From Rhabdothermincola salaria (lineage in GTDB: Bacteria > Actinomycetota > Acidimicrobiia > Acidimicrobiales > Acidimicrobilacustridaceae), in NCBI RefSeq assembly GCF_021246445.1, contig NZ_JAJQXW010000002.1, forward strand, positions 806,001 to 868,060: a stretch of DNA of 62,060 nt. Reading direction: 5' to 3'. The first letter of the stretch is position 1; each line of letters opens with the position of its first letter. A program made the translations under genes and the position numbers. The notes below the pieces were generated by a model, which saw nothing but the letters and a program-made list of their open reading frames with translations, had not been told where the DNA came from and searched no databases. This document shows positions 51,954 to 61,141 of the stretch, piece after piece.

Positions 51954-53492
51954 GTGACCGTCTACCTGGTCGGGGCCGGCCCCGGCGACCCTGGCTTGCT
52001 CACCGTGCGCGGCGCCGAGGTGCTCGCTCTCGCCGACGTCGTCGTCTACGACCGCCTCTCGGTGTCGGCCCTGCTCGACCTGGCCCCGCCCGAGGCCGAG
52101 CGCATCAGCGTGGCCAAGTCCGCCGGGTCGGCCGTCATGTCCCAGTCCGAGATCGACGCCCTGCTCGTCGAGCGGGGACGCGCCGGGCAGACCGTCGTGC
52201 GGCTCAAGGGGGGCGACCCCTTCGTCTTCGCCCGGGGCGGCGAGGAAGCGGCGGCGCTGCGCGCCGCGGGCGTCGACTACGAGGTCGTCCCCGGCATCAC
52301 CTCGGCCATCGCGGTGCCCGCCTACGCCGGGATCCCCGTCACCCTGCGGCACTCGTCGACCTCGTTCACCGTGGTCACCGGCCACGAGGACCCCGACAAG
52401 GGCGGCGAGCTCGACTGGGAGGCCATCGCCCGGGTGGGCGGCACCATCGTCATCCTCATGGGCGTGGGGCGGTGGCCCAAGATCGTCGAACGCCTCCTGG
52501 CCGGGGGCCTGGCCCCCACCACGCCGGCCGCCGCCGTGCGGTGGGGCACCCGTCCCGAGCAGCGCTCGGTGCGCGCCACCCTCGCCACGCTCGGCGACCA
52601 CGAGCTGGCGGCCCCCAGCACCATCGTCGTGGGCGCCGTCGCGGCCGAGGACCTCGACTGGTTCGAGTCCCGCCCGCTCTTCGGGACCACCGTCCTCGTC
52701 ACCCGCCCCCGCCACCAGGCCTCGTCGCTCGCCCGGCGCCTGCGCCACCTCGGCGCCGACGCCCTCGAGGTGCCCACCATCGAGATCGTCGATCCGTCCG
52801 ACGAGGGCGCCGCCCTCCGCGACGCCGCCGGCCGGGTGCACGAGTACGAGTGGGTGGTGCTCACCTCGCCCAACGGGGCGGCCCGCTTCTGCGACGTGCT
52901 GCGCGACGGCCGCGACCTGGCCGGTGTGAAGCTGGCGGCCATCGGACCCGGTACGGCCGACGCCCTGGCCGCCCGCAACCTCGTCGCCGACCTCGTCCCC
53001 GAACGCTTCGTCGCCGAGTCGCTGCTCGAGGCCTTCCCCCTGCCCCCGTCGGGCGGGGGCAGGGTGCTGCTGGCCCGGGCGGCCGTGGCTCGCGACGTCC
53101 TGCCCGACGGCCTGGCGTCGCTCGGCTGGGACGTCGACGTGGTGGAGGCGTACCGCACCGTCCCCGCCGCGGTGAGCCCCGACCAGCGCGAGGCGGTGGC
53201 CCGAGCCGATGCCGTCACGTTCACCTCGTCCTCGACCGTCGACCGCTTCCTGGCGGCCTACGGCCCCGAGGCCGTGCCCCCGCTCGTGGCCTGCATCGGC
53301 CCGATCACCGCCGACACCGCCCGGCGCCACGGGCTGCGCATCGACGTGATCGCCGACGTGCACACCATCGACGGCCTCGTCGACGCCCTGGTGACCCACG
53401 TCGAGGCCGCTCGCCACCCCCACGACCACTCGGGGTCCGAGGGCTCGCGTCGCGCGAACCGCCCCGGTGGGCGCCGTTCGGGCCGTGCCTAG
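51954..53492 (+). CDS. cobA: Uroporphyrinogen-III C-methyltransferase / uroporphyrinogen-III synthase fusion
   Basis: VGAGPGDPGLLT, RLKGGDPFVF, then a HemD domain (VLVTRP, LTSPNG, FTSSSTV, CIGPIT). Confidence 0.94.
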   Translation: MTVYLVGAGPGDPGLLTVRGAEVLALADVVVYDRLSVSALLDLAPPEAERISVAKSAGSAVMSQSEIDALLVERGRAGQTVVRLKGGDPFVFARGGEEAAALRAAGVDYEVVPGITSAIAVPAYAGIPVTLRHSSTSFTVVTGHEDPDKGGELDWEAIARVGGTIVILMGVGRWPKIVERLLAGGLAPTTPAAAVRWGTRPEQRSVRATLATLGDHELAAPSTIVVGAVAAEDLDWFESRPLFGTTVLVTRPRHQASSLARRLRHLGADALEVPTIEIVDPSDEGAALRDAAGRVHEYEWVVLTSPNGAARFCDVLRDGRDLAGVKLAAIGPGTADALAARNLVADLVPERFVAESLLEAFPLPPSGGGRVLLARAAVARDVLPDGLASLGWDVDVVEAYRTVPAAVSPDQREAVARADAVTFTSSSTVDRFLAAYGPEAVPPLVACIGPITADTARRHGLRIDVIADVHTIDGLVDALVTHVEAARHPHDHSGSEGSRRANRPGGRRSGRA

Positions 53493-53501
53493 GCTGGCCC
53501 G

Positions 53502-54488
53502 GTGAGCTTCCCCCAACGACGCCTGCGGCGGCTGCGCCGCACTCCTGCGCTGCGCCGGCTGGTGGCCGAGACCCACGTGTCGGTCGACGACCTCATCGCC
53601 CCGCTGTTCGTCCGTGAGGGCATCGACGAGCCGGTGCCGATCGCGTCGCTGCCGGGCGTGGTCCAGCACACCCGCACCTCGCTGCGCGAGGAGGTGGCCG
53701 CGCTCGTCGACCTCGGCGTGCCCGCGGTTGTCCTCTTCGGCGTGCCCGCCGCCAAGGACGCCGAGGGGTCCGGCGCATGGGATCCCGACGGCATCGTGCA
53801 GGTGGCGCTGCGCGACCTGCGGGCCGATGTCGGCGACGACATCGTGCTCATGGCCGACCTCTGCGTCGACGAGTACACCGACCACGGCCACTGCGGCGTG
53901 CTCGACGCCGACGGCGCGGTCGACAACGACGCCACCCTCGAGCTCTACGAGCGGGCAGCGGTCGCCCAGGCCGAGGCCGGGGCCGACGTCGTCGCCCCGT
54001 CCGGGATGATGGACGGCCAGGTGTTCGCAATCCGCGACGCCCTCGACGAAGAGGGCTTCGACCAGACCAGCGTCCTCGCCTACGCGGCCAAGTACGCCTC
54101 GGCCCTCTACGGGCCGTTCCGCGACGCGGTCGACGTGTCCATCGCCGACGGCGGCGACCGCAAGGGCTACCAGCAGGACCCCCGCAACGTGCGCGAGTCG
54201 CTCGAGGAGATCCGCCTCGACCTCGCCGAGGGCGCCGACATGGTCATGGTGAAGCCCGCCCTCGCCTACCTCGACGTCCTCGCCCGGGCCCGGGCCGAGG
54301 TCGACGTGCCCCTCGCCGGCTACCACGTGTCGGGCGAGTACGCCATGGTCCACGCCGCCGCCGAGCGGGGCTGGCTCGACGGGCCCGCCGTGATGCTCGA
54401 GCACCTCACCGCCATCAAGCGCGCCGGGGCCGACATGATCCTCACCTACGCCGCCCACGACACCGCCATCGCACTGAAGGAGAGCTGA
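53502..54488 (+). CDS. hemB: Porphobilinogen synthase
   Basis: DLCVDEYTDHGHCG, APSGMMDG, YGPFRDA, MVKP and VSGEY motifs. Confidence 0.96.
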   Translation: MSFPQRRLRRLRRTPALRRLVAETHVSVDDLIAPLFVREGIDEPVPIASLPGVVQHTRTSLREEVAALVDLGVPAVVLFGVPAAKDAEGSGAWDPDGIVQVALRDLRADVGDDIVLMADLCVDEYTDHGHCGVLDADGAVDNDATLELYERAAVAQAEAGADVVAPSGMMDGQVFAIRDALDEEGFDQTSVLAYAAKYASALYGPFRDAVDVSIADGGDRKGYQQDPRNVRESLEEIRLDLAEGADMVMVKPALAYLDVLARARAEVDVPLAGYHVSGEYAMVHAAAERGWLDGPAVMLEHLTAIKRAGADMILTYAAHDTAIALKES

Positions 54489-55768
54489 TGGGCGACCCCA
54501 TCGCCACCGGGACCACCAACGCCGAGCTGTTCGAACGAGCGCAGCGGGTCATCCCCGGCGGGGTCAACTCGCCGGTGCGGGCCTTCGGCAGCGTCGGCGG
54601 CACGCCGTACTTCGTGGCCCGGGGCGAGGGGGCCCAGGTCACCGACGTCGAGGGGCGCACCTACGTCGACCTGGTCCAGAGCTACGGGGCCGTCATCGCC
54701 GGCCACGCCCACCCCGCCGTCGTCGAGGCTCTGCGGACCGCCGCCGCGGAGGGCACGTCGTTCGGGGCGCCCACGCCGGGCGAGGTGCTGCTGGCCGAGG
54801 CCATCGCCGAGCGGGTCCCCTCGTGCGAACGGGTGCGCATGGTGAACAGCGGCACCGAGGCCACCATGAGCGCCATCCGGGTGGCCCGGGGCGCCACCGG
54901 CCGGCCCAAGCTGTGCAAGTTCGCCGGCAACTACCACGGCCACAGCGACGGCCTGCTCGTCTCGGGCGGCACGGCCATGGCCTCGCTGGGGCTGCCCGCC
55001 TCGGCAGGGGTCACCGACTCGGCGGTGGCCGACACCGTCGTGGCCCCCTACAACGTGGTGCCCACCCTCGACGAGACCTTCGCCGCCGTCATCGTCGAGC
55101 CGGTGGCCGCCAACATGGGCTTGGTGCCCCCGGCTCCCGGCTTCCTCGAGGGCCTGCGGGCCGAGTGCGACCGGGTGGGCGCCCTGTTGATCTTCGACGA
55201 GGTCATCACCGGCTTCCGCGTGGCCCGGGGCGGGGCCCAGCAGCGCTTCGGCGTGCGGCCCGACCTCACCGCGTTCGGCAAGATCATCGGTGGTGGTCTG
55301 CCCGTGGGTGCCTTCGGTGGCCGGGCCGACGTCATGGACAACCTGGCCCCCCTCGGGCCCGTGTACCAGGCGGGCACCCTGTCGGGGAACCCGCTGGCCA
55401 CCGCCGCCGGCCTGGCCGTGCTCGACCTGCTCGACGACGACGCCTACGCCCTCATCGAATCCCGGGCGGAGCGTCTGGCCGCCGCCTTCGAGGCGGCCCT
55501 GGCCGCCGAGGGCGTCGCCGCGGTGGTGCCGCGGGTCGGCACCCTCCTCGGGCTGCACTTCGGTGCCGAACCGGCAACCGACTACACCACGGCCACGACG
55601 ACCGACGAGGCCCGCTACGGGGCCTTCTTCCACGCCATGCTCGACCACGGCGTGGCCATGGCCCCCGGGGCCTACGAGGTCATGTTCCCGGGCCTGGCCC
55701 ACACCGACGACGTCCTCGACGCCGTCGTGGCGGCCGTCCAGGTGGCCGCTCGAGCCGTCGCCGGCTGA
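54488..55768 (+). CDS. hemL: Glutamate-1-semialdehyde 2,1-aminomutase
   Basis: PGGVNSPVRAF, NSGTEATM, FDEVITGFR, GKIIGGG and YQAGTLSGNP motifs. Confidence 0.96.
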   Translation: MGDPIATGTTNAELFERAQRVIPGGVNSPVRAFGSVGGTPYFVARGEGAQVTDVEGRTYVDLVQSYGAVIAGHAHPAVVEALRTAAAEGTSFGAPTPGEVLLAEAIAERVPSCERVRMVNSGTEATMSAIRVARGATGRPKLCKFAGNYHGHSDGLLVSGGTAMASLGLPASAGVTDSAVADTVVAPYNVVPTLDETFAAVIVEPVAANMGLVPPAPGFLEGLRAECDRVGALLIFDEVITGFRVARGGAQQRFGVRPDLTAFGKIIGGGLPVGAFGGRADVMDNLAPLGPVYQAGTLSGNPLATAAGLAVLDLLDDDAYALIESRAERLAAAFEAALAAEGVAAVVPRVGTLLGLHFGAEPATDYTTATTTDEARYGAFFHAMLDHGVAMAPGAYEVMFPGLAHTDDVLDAVVAAVQVAARAVAG

Positions 55769-55837
55769 GATCCACTCCATCGGGGCCGGAGGCCGGAGCC
55801 GCCGCCGTCGGCCGCCCGAGCCTTAGCCTCGGCGCCC

Positions 55838-57709
55838 ATGAGCGCCTCCGAGCACGTGGCCCGAGCCAACGCCGCCGTGCGGCTCCGCCTCCCGTTCCAC
55901 GACGACCAGGACTTCGTCGACGCTGGACGCGGCCTGGTGGCCCGCCTCGACGAACCGATCGTCACCGCCACCGACGGGCGGGTGGTGTGGGACCTCACCG
56001 CCTACGGCGACCTGTCGGGGGACGCCCCCGACACCGTCAACCCCAGCCTGTGGCGCCAGGCCCAGCTCGACGTGATGCACGGCCTGTTCGAGATCGCCCC
56101 CGGCTTCTACCAGGTGCGCGGTCTCGACCTGTCGAACATGACCATCGTCGAGGGCGACGAGGGCGTGATCGTCATCGACCCGCTGATCTCCAACGAGACG
56201 GCCGCCGCCGCCCTGGCCCTCTACCGCTCGGTGCGCGGCGACCGGCCCGTCACCGCCCTGCTCTACACCCACAGCCACGTCGACCACTTCGGCGGGGCCC
56301 GGGGCGTGCTGCCCGACGGTGAGCCGGGCGACATCCCCATCGTCGCCCCCGAGCACTTCCTCGACCACGCCATCAGCGAGAACCTCACCGTCGGGCCGGC
56401 CATGGCCCGCCGGGCGGCCTACATGTACGGCGCCGAGCTGGAGAAGGGCCCCACCGGGCAGATGACCTCCGGGCTCGGGCCCTACAACTCCACCGGCACC
56501 ACCTCGCTGGTCCCGCCCACCGTCGACATCACCCACACCGGCCAGGAGCTGGTGCTCGACGGTGTGCGCCTGCGGTTCCAGATGACCCCGGGCACCGAGG
56601 CACCGGCGGAGATGAACTTCCACTTCCCGGACCACCGCATCCTCTGCATGGCCGAGAACGCCACCCACAACCTGCACAACGTGGTGACCCTGCGCGGTGC
56701 GCAGGTGCGAGACGCCCGGGCCTGGTCCCGGTTCCTCGACGAGTCCCTCGAGCTCTTCGGAGCCGACACCGACCTGCTGTTCGCCTCCCACCACTGGCCC
56801 ACCTGGGGCACCGACCGGGCCGCCGACTTCCTCGCCGAGCAGCGCGACCTCTACGGCTACCTGCACGACCAGAGCGTGCGCATGCTGAACCAGGGCCTCA
56901 CCGCCACCGAGATCGCCGAGGAGCTGGTGCTGCCGCCCAGCCTCGAGCAGCGCTGGCACACCCGCGGCTACTACGGGTCGCTCAGCCACAACGCCAAGGC
57001 CGTCTACCAGCGCTACATGGGGTGGTTCGACGCCAACCCGGCCCGCCTCTGGCCCCACCCGCCCACCGAGTCGGCCCCCCGCTACGTGGAGTACATGGGC
57101 GGCGCCGACGCCGTGCTGGAGCGGGCCCGGCAGGCCTTCGACGACGGCGACCTTCGGTGGGTGGCCGAGGTGGTGAACCACGTCGTGTTCGCCGACCCGT
57201 CGAACCGCGAGGCACGCGAGCTGCAGGCGACCGCCTTCGAGCAGCTGGCCTACGGCGCCGAGAACGCGGTGTGGCGCAACTTCTACCTGATGGGAGCCCG
57301 GGAGCTCCGCGAGGGGCCGGTGAAGCCGGAGGCCAAGCTCCCCCTCGACATGCTGAGCCGGCTCACCACGTCGCAGATCCTCGACACGGTCGCCGTGCGT
57401 ATCGACGGCCCCCGGGCCTGGGACAGCGAGCTCTCGTTCAACCTGTCCATCGGCGAGGCAGGCGAGCGCCACGTCGTGCGCCTCCGCAACGGCGTTCTCA
57501 CCCACGTGGCCGGCCGCCACGACCCCTCCGCTCAGGCAACCGTCGTGCTGGCCGACGGCCAGCTGCTCCCGGTGCTGCTCGGCCTGGTGCCGCTCACCGA
57601 CCTGGTGGACGCCGGCACGGCCCGCGTCGACGGCGACATCACCGTCATCGACACCCTGCGCGCCCACCTGGTCGCCTTCGACCCGGCCTTCCCCATCGTC
57701 GAACCGTGA
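55838..57709 (+). CDS. Alkyl/aryl sulfatase (SdsA1/BDS1-like MBL fold with SCP2-like C-terminus)
   Basis: NPSLWRQ, YTHSHVDHFGG, TPGTEAPAEM, HHWP, RGYYGS and FPIVEP motifs. Confidence 0.93.
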   Translation: MSASEHVARANAAVRLRLPFHDDQDFVDAGRGLVARLDEPIVTATDGRVVWDLTAYGDLSGDAPDTVNPSLWRQAQLDVMHGLFEIAPGFYQVRGLDLSNMTIVEGDEGVIVIDPLISNETAAAALALYRSVRGDRPVTALLYTHSHVDHFGGARGVLPDGEPGDIPIVAPEHFLDHAISENLTVGPAMARRAAYMYGAELEKGPTGQMTSGLGPYNSTGTTSLVPPTVDITHTGQELVLDGVRLRFQMTPGTEAPAEMNFHFPDHRILCMAENATHNLHNVVTLRGAQVRDARAWSRFLDESLELFGADTDLLFASHHWPTWGTDRAADFLAEQRDLYGYLHDQSVRMLNQGLTATEIAEELVLPPSLEQRWHTRGYYGSLSHNAKAVYQRYMGWFDANPARLWPHPPTESAPRYVEYMGGADAVLERARQAFDDGDLRWVAEVVNHVVFADPSNREARELQATAFEQLAYGAENAVWRNFYLMGARELREGPVKPEAKLPLDMLSRLTTSQILDTVAVRIDGPRAWDSELSFNLSIGEAGERHVVRLRNGVLTHVAGRHDPSAQATVVLADGQLLPVLLGLVPLTDLVDAGTARVDGDITVIDTLRAHLVAFDPAFPIVEP

Positions 57710-57763
57710 CACTTTGCTTCGGTCGGCAAGCCTCCGTGACATCTTGCTCCGGTCGGCAGGCCT
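57704..57763. repeat. Imperfect 30-bp tandem duplication spanning the sulfatase stop codon
   Basis: CCGTGACACTTTGCTTCGGTCGGCAAGCCT followed directly by CCGTGACATCTTGCTCCGGTCGGCAGGCCT. Confidence 0.85.
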
Positions 57764-57868
57764 CCCTTCGCCGCCTTCGGCGAAACGCGTGGCCTGTCTG
57801 AGCCTCCTTGCTGCGCGGCGTCGGCTGTTCCATGCCGGCTGACGAGCGTCGTCAGGTGGGCGACGGGA

Positions 57869-57930
57869 GCGCCAGCGACCCGCCCACACCGCGTTCCGAC
57901 GAGCTCGCGAGGAGGGCGCCATGGACACGG
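57869..57930. repeat. 62-bp direct repeat, copy 1
   Basis: GCGCCAGCGACCCGCCCACACCGCG...GGAGGGCGCCATGGACACGG; 59/62 identical to 58137-58198. Confidence 0.9.
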
Positions 57931-58136
57931 TTCCGGTGGGTGGCCCGCGCCATTGGTTCTGACGCGCGCACGGGAGCGAGTGCGGCTCGGCGACCGTCGC
58001 CTGCGATCGACGAAGGGTTCGGCGACCCACGCCCGAGCTCGACGAAGCCGCCGCTCTGAGCGACCGAGCACGTCAGGTTCTGGTGCGGGACAGGACCCGC
58101 CGGAGCCCCGAGGACCCGCACAGGCGCGAGCGCACG

Positions 58137-58198
58137 GCGCCAGCGACCCGCCCACACCGCGTCCCGACGAGTTCGCGAGGAGGGCGCCATGGATACGG
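58137..58198. repeat. 62-bp direct repeat, copy 2
   Basis: Offset 268 bp from copy 1; three substitutions. Confidence 0.9.
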
Positions 58199-58205
58199 CG
58201 CCAGG

Positions 58206-58242
58206 AAAACGGCGACGGCCCCCGCTCGGGCGGGGGCCGTCG
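58206..58242 (-). terminator. Intrinsic terminator of the cytochrome c gene
   Basis: 13-bp stem CGACGGCCCCCGC/GCGGGGGCCGTCG with 4-nt loop, followed on the minus strand by CCGTTTT. Confidence 0.8.
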
Positions 58243-58264
58243 AGGGACTGCGTCGGGCTAGGGC

Positions 58265-59098
58265 TCAGCCGTAGTTCGGTTCGATGGTGAGGAAGCCCTC
58301 CTCGTCGAAGAGCGCCTCGCCTTCCGGGGTCACCAGCTGGCCGGCATCGTCGACGATGGGGGCACCGTCGGGCCAGAAGCGCTGGTCGGCGTCGCCGATC
58401 TCCTCAGCCGGCACCTCTTCGCCGCCGAGCACCTCACGCTCGTAGCGCACCACGTTGAGGAGCTCCTCGGGGGTGAGCACGTCCTGGAAGGCCGGCATGG
58501 GGTTGCCGTTGTAGCTCAGGGTGGTGTGAGCCCCGCCGGCACGGTCGGGATCGCCGTACGGGGTGCCGGCCGGGCCGATGCCGTTGCTGCCCACCCAGAC
58601 GAACTCGAGCATCTCGGAGATGTCGGGGAAGGTGGCGAGCAGCTCGCCGTCGGTGAAGGCCCGACCCACACCCCCACCGCCACCGCCGCCGTGGCAGCTG
58701 GCGCACTGGGCGGCGTAGATCTCGGCGCCCTGGTCGAGCGGGCCGGCCTCGCCGGTGTCGGCAGGGGAGAGCCCGCCCACGTAGATGATCGCCCACACCG
58801 GGAGGAAGGCCAGCACGGGCATGGCCCAGAACGGGATCTTCTTGCGGGTGAGCGCAGCCTGCACGTAGGGAGGTGGCGGCTCGGGCGGGGCCACCTCGGC
58901 CGGGGTGGCCGCCGCCGGCTTGGCGGCGGCGCTGGGTGCCGCCGGGGCCACGGCGGAACCGGGCGCCGGTTCGTCGGCAGGTGCTGCGGCTGCGGGGGCG
59001 GCGTCGCCGCCGCCTCCGCCATCGCCGCCACCACCGAGGCCGAGGGCGGCCCGGCGATCTTGGGAGCGTTTGAGCAGATGCTCGGGAACTTCGGTCAC
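58265..59098 (-). CDS. Membrane-anchored monoheme cytochrome c
   Basis: CASCH heme motif and distal MPAF; one TM helix after an Ala/Pro linker. GGAGGAG RBS. Confidence 0.9.
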   Translation of the reverse strand: MTEVPEHLLKRSQDRRAALGLGGGGDGGGGGDAAPAAAAPADEPAPGSAVAPAAPSAAAKPAAATPAEVAPPEPPPPYVQAALTRKKIPFWAMPVLAFLPVWAIIYVGGLSPADTGEAGPLDQGAEIYAAQCASCHGGGGGGGVGRAFTDGELLATFPDISEMLEFVWVGSNGIGPAGTPYGDPDRAGGAHTTLSYNGNPMPAFQDVLTPEELLNVVRYEREVLGGEEVPAEEIGDADQRFWPDGAPIVDDAGQLVTPEGEALFDEEGFLTIEPNYG

Positions 59099-59371
59099 AG
59101 CTCCTCCGAGGACGGCGGTGAGAGTGGCGACCGGGCCGAGGGCCTGGTCCGGGCGTCACCATAAACGATCGACGAGACCTCACACCAAGTACGGGGCCTT
59201 CGGCGACGCGACGATCCACGCCACCCTCGGGCCGGCTGAGGCCCTCTCGCCGCGACAGGCCCGTGGACGCCGGCGCATTGCTCGGTCCCGGATGTGCTCT
59301 GCCTTCTGACTGGGTGGTAGACAGTCTCCGTCAGCCCGGCGACCACCGCCGCGCTGCCGAGTCGCTACCGT

Positions 59372-59389
59372 TTGTGATCAGGTTCACGA
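59372..59389. promoter_or_regulatory. Rex-like (also CRP-like) operator abutting the RBS
   Basis: TTGTGATCAGGTTCACGA versus Rex TTGTGAA-N4-TTCACAA (12/14). Also fits TGTGA-N6-TCACG. Confidence 0.65.
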
Positions 59390-59404
59390 GGAGGTCCCAC
59401 CCGG

Positions 59405-59851
59405 GTGGTTGCGTTCGTGAGTTCGTTGCTGCTCACCGCCCTGTTGGTGGCTGTGATCTTCCCCTACCGCGATCGGCGCCCCGTGGGCACGATGCTCACC
59501 TGGGGCGAGGCCATGGTCGCCGGCACCTACGTGTTCTTCGTCTTCTTCTGGGTCTACGGCGTGGTGCCCCACCTGTGGCTTACCTGGGCGGACAACGAGC
59601 TCGGTTGGCGTCCGGACAAGCTGTTGTTCGGCCCCGGTGAGATCCTCAAGCCCCAGGAGCTGGGCGGCTGGTTCCCGTTCACCCTCAACTACCTGGTCAT
59701 CCGCGACATCGTCGCCGTGTTGATCTACGTGGCCTTCCTCGCCGGCAACATCTGGCTGTGGTCGGTCTGGCAGAACCGGGGCAAGAAGGCCGCCGAGGTC
59801 CCCGCCGTCGTCGAGTCCGAGTTCGGTCGTCCCCTCGTGAGGAAGTCCTAA
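59405..59851 (+). CDS. Hypothetical three-TM membrane protein of the cytochrome b operon
   Basis: GAGGAGG RBS; TM helices; LTWGEAM and YGVVPHLWLTWADNELGW. Confidence 0.82.
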   Translation: MVAFVSSLLLTALLVAVIFPYRDRRPVGTMLTWGEAMVAGTYVFFVFFWVYGVVPHLWLTWADNELGWRPDKLLFGPGEILKPQELGGWFPFTLNYLVIRDIVAVLIYVAFLAGNIWLWSVWQNRGKKAAEVPAVVESEFGRPLVRKS

Positions 59852-59854
59852 GCC

Positions 59855-60271
59855 ATGGCCAAGACCGACGCCAACCCGCCGCTGCCGGAGTTCCGCGACG
59901 ACTACGTCCTGCAAGAAGTCGATGCGGCGTGGCTGTCCAAGGCGGTGAAGCCCAAGCAGTTCATCCACATCGACCAGTCCGAGTGCATCACCTGCGAGGG
60001 CTGCGTCGACATCTGCCCCTGGAAGTGCATCCACCTCGTCACCACCACCGCCATCGACGAGGCCCTGGGGACCGAGCTCCCGGGCGACGACCCCGGTGAC
60101 CAGAGCGTGTTCGTCATCGACGACGACGTGTGCACCCGCTGTGCGCTCTGCGTCGATCGCTGCCCCACCGGCGTCATCATCCTCGGCAAGGTCGGCGACG
60201 CCCCCGCCGACGGCGACCCCCACCAGCGCACTCCCACGTACGGGTACGGCTACGGCATGCGCCTCGGCTGA
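59855..60271 (+). CDS. 2x[4Fe-4S] dicluster ferredoxin
   Basis: CITCEGCVDICP and CTRCALCVDRCP motifs. Confidence 0.93.
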   Translation: MAKTDANPPLPEFRDDYVLQEVDAAWLSKAVKPKQFIHIDQSECITCEGCVDICPWKCIHLVTTTAIDEALGTELPGDDPGDQSVFVIDDDVCTRCALCVDRCPTGVIILGKVGDAPADGDPHQRTPTYGYGYGMRLG

Positions 60272-60336
60272 TCCCGCCCGAACGACACCCGACCCCCGAC
60301 CACCCCTCGCCACGAGAGAGCAACGGAGCTAGAGCC

Positions 60337-61125
60337 TTGGCCAAGACCATGGAGCGCCCCGGCGACAAGAAGACACCAGGCCAGCGCCTGAGCGAGATCG
60401 TCGACAAGACGCAGGGCTCACAGGCCTGGAACTCGATCTTCCGGCCCGGATCGGTGTTCCGCAAGGGCTACACCGACAGCCCCCGGAACCGGTCCTACGT
60501 GATCATGAACAGCGTGCTGTACCACCTCCACCCGGTGAAGGTGAAGCGGCACGCGGTCAAGGTCAGCTACACCCTCTGCCTGGGTGGGCTGAGCTTCTTC
60601 CTGTTCATCCTGCTCACGGTGACGGGCATCTTCTTGATGTTCTTCTACCGACCAACGGCCGCCCAGGCCTGGACCGACATCTACACCCTGCAGACCTCGG
60701 TGACCTTCGGCCTGCTGGTGCGCAACATGCACCGGTGGGCGGCGCACCTCATGGTCATCTCGGTGTTCCTGCACATGGCCCGGGTCTTCTACCACGGCGC
60801 CTACAAGCCGCCCCGAGAGTTCAACTGGGTGATCGGCGTCATCCTGCTCACGCTCACCCTCCTGCTGTCGTTCACCGGCTACCTGCTGCCGTGGGACCAG
60901 CTGGCCCTGTGGGCGGTGACCGTGGGCACCAACATGATGGGGTACACCCCGGTCTTCGGTGACCAGGTGCGCTTCGTCCTCCTCGGCGGCAGAGAGATCG
61001 GCACCGACACCCTGTTGCGGTGGTACGTGCTGCACGTCTTGTTCGTTCCCTTCGTGACCGTCATCTTCCTCGCCATCCACTTCTGGAGGGTGCGCAAGGA
61101 CGGCGGCATCTCCGGTCCCTTGTGA
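60337..61125 (+). CDS. Split cytochrome b, N-terminal (b6-like) subunit
   Basis: YTLCLGG, MHRW...LHM, GYLLPWDQ, LHV...IHF, C-terminus GISGPL. Start at TTG 60337 or ATG 60349. Confidence 0.93.
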   Translation: MAKTMERPGDKKTPGQRLSEIVDKTQGSQAWNSIFRPGSVFRKGYTDSPRNRSYVIMNSVLYHLHPVKVKRHAVKVSYTLCLGGLSFFLFILLTVTGIFLMFFYRPTAAQAWTDIYTLQTSVTFGLLVRNMHRWAAHLMVISVFLHMARVFYHGAYKPPREFNWVIGVILLTLTLLLSFTGYLLPWDQLALWAVTVGTNMMGYTPVFGDQVRFVLLGGREIGTDTLLRWYVLHVLFVPFVTVIFLAIHFWRVRKDGGISGPL

Positions 61126-61141
61126 TCGGAAAGGATCAGCG

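Noticed and set aside
57704..58198. CRISPR array
   Set aside because: Each repeat has only two copies, the lengths and spacing do not fit, and there are no cas genes.
57808..58274. Short ORFs in the repeat region
   Set aside because: Arg/Pro-rich translations of repeats with no family motifs.
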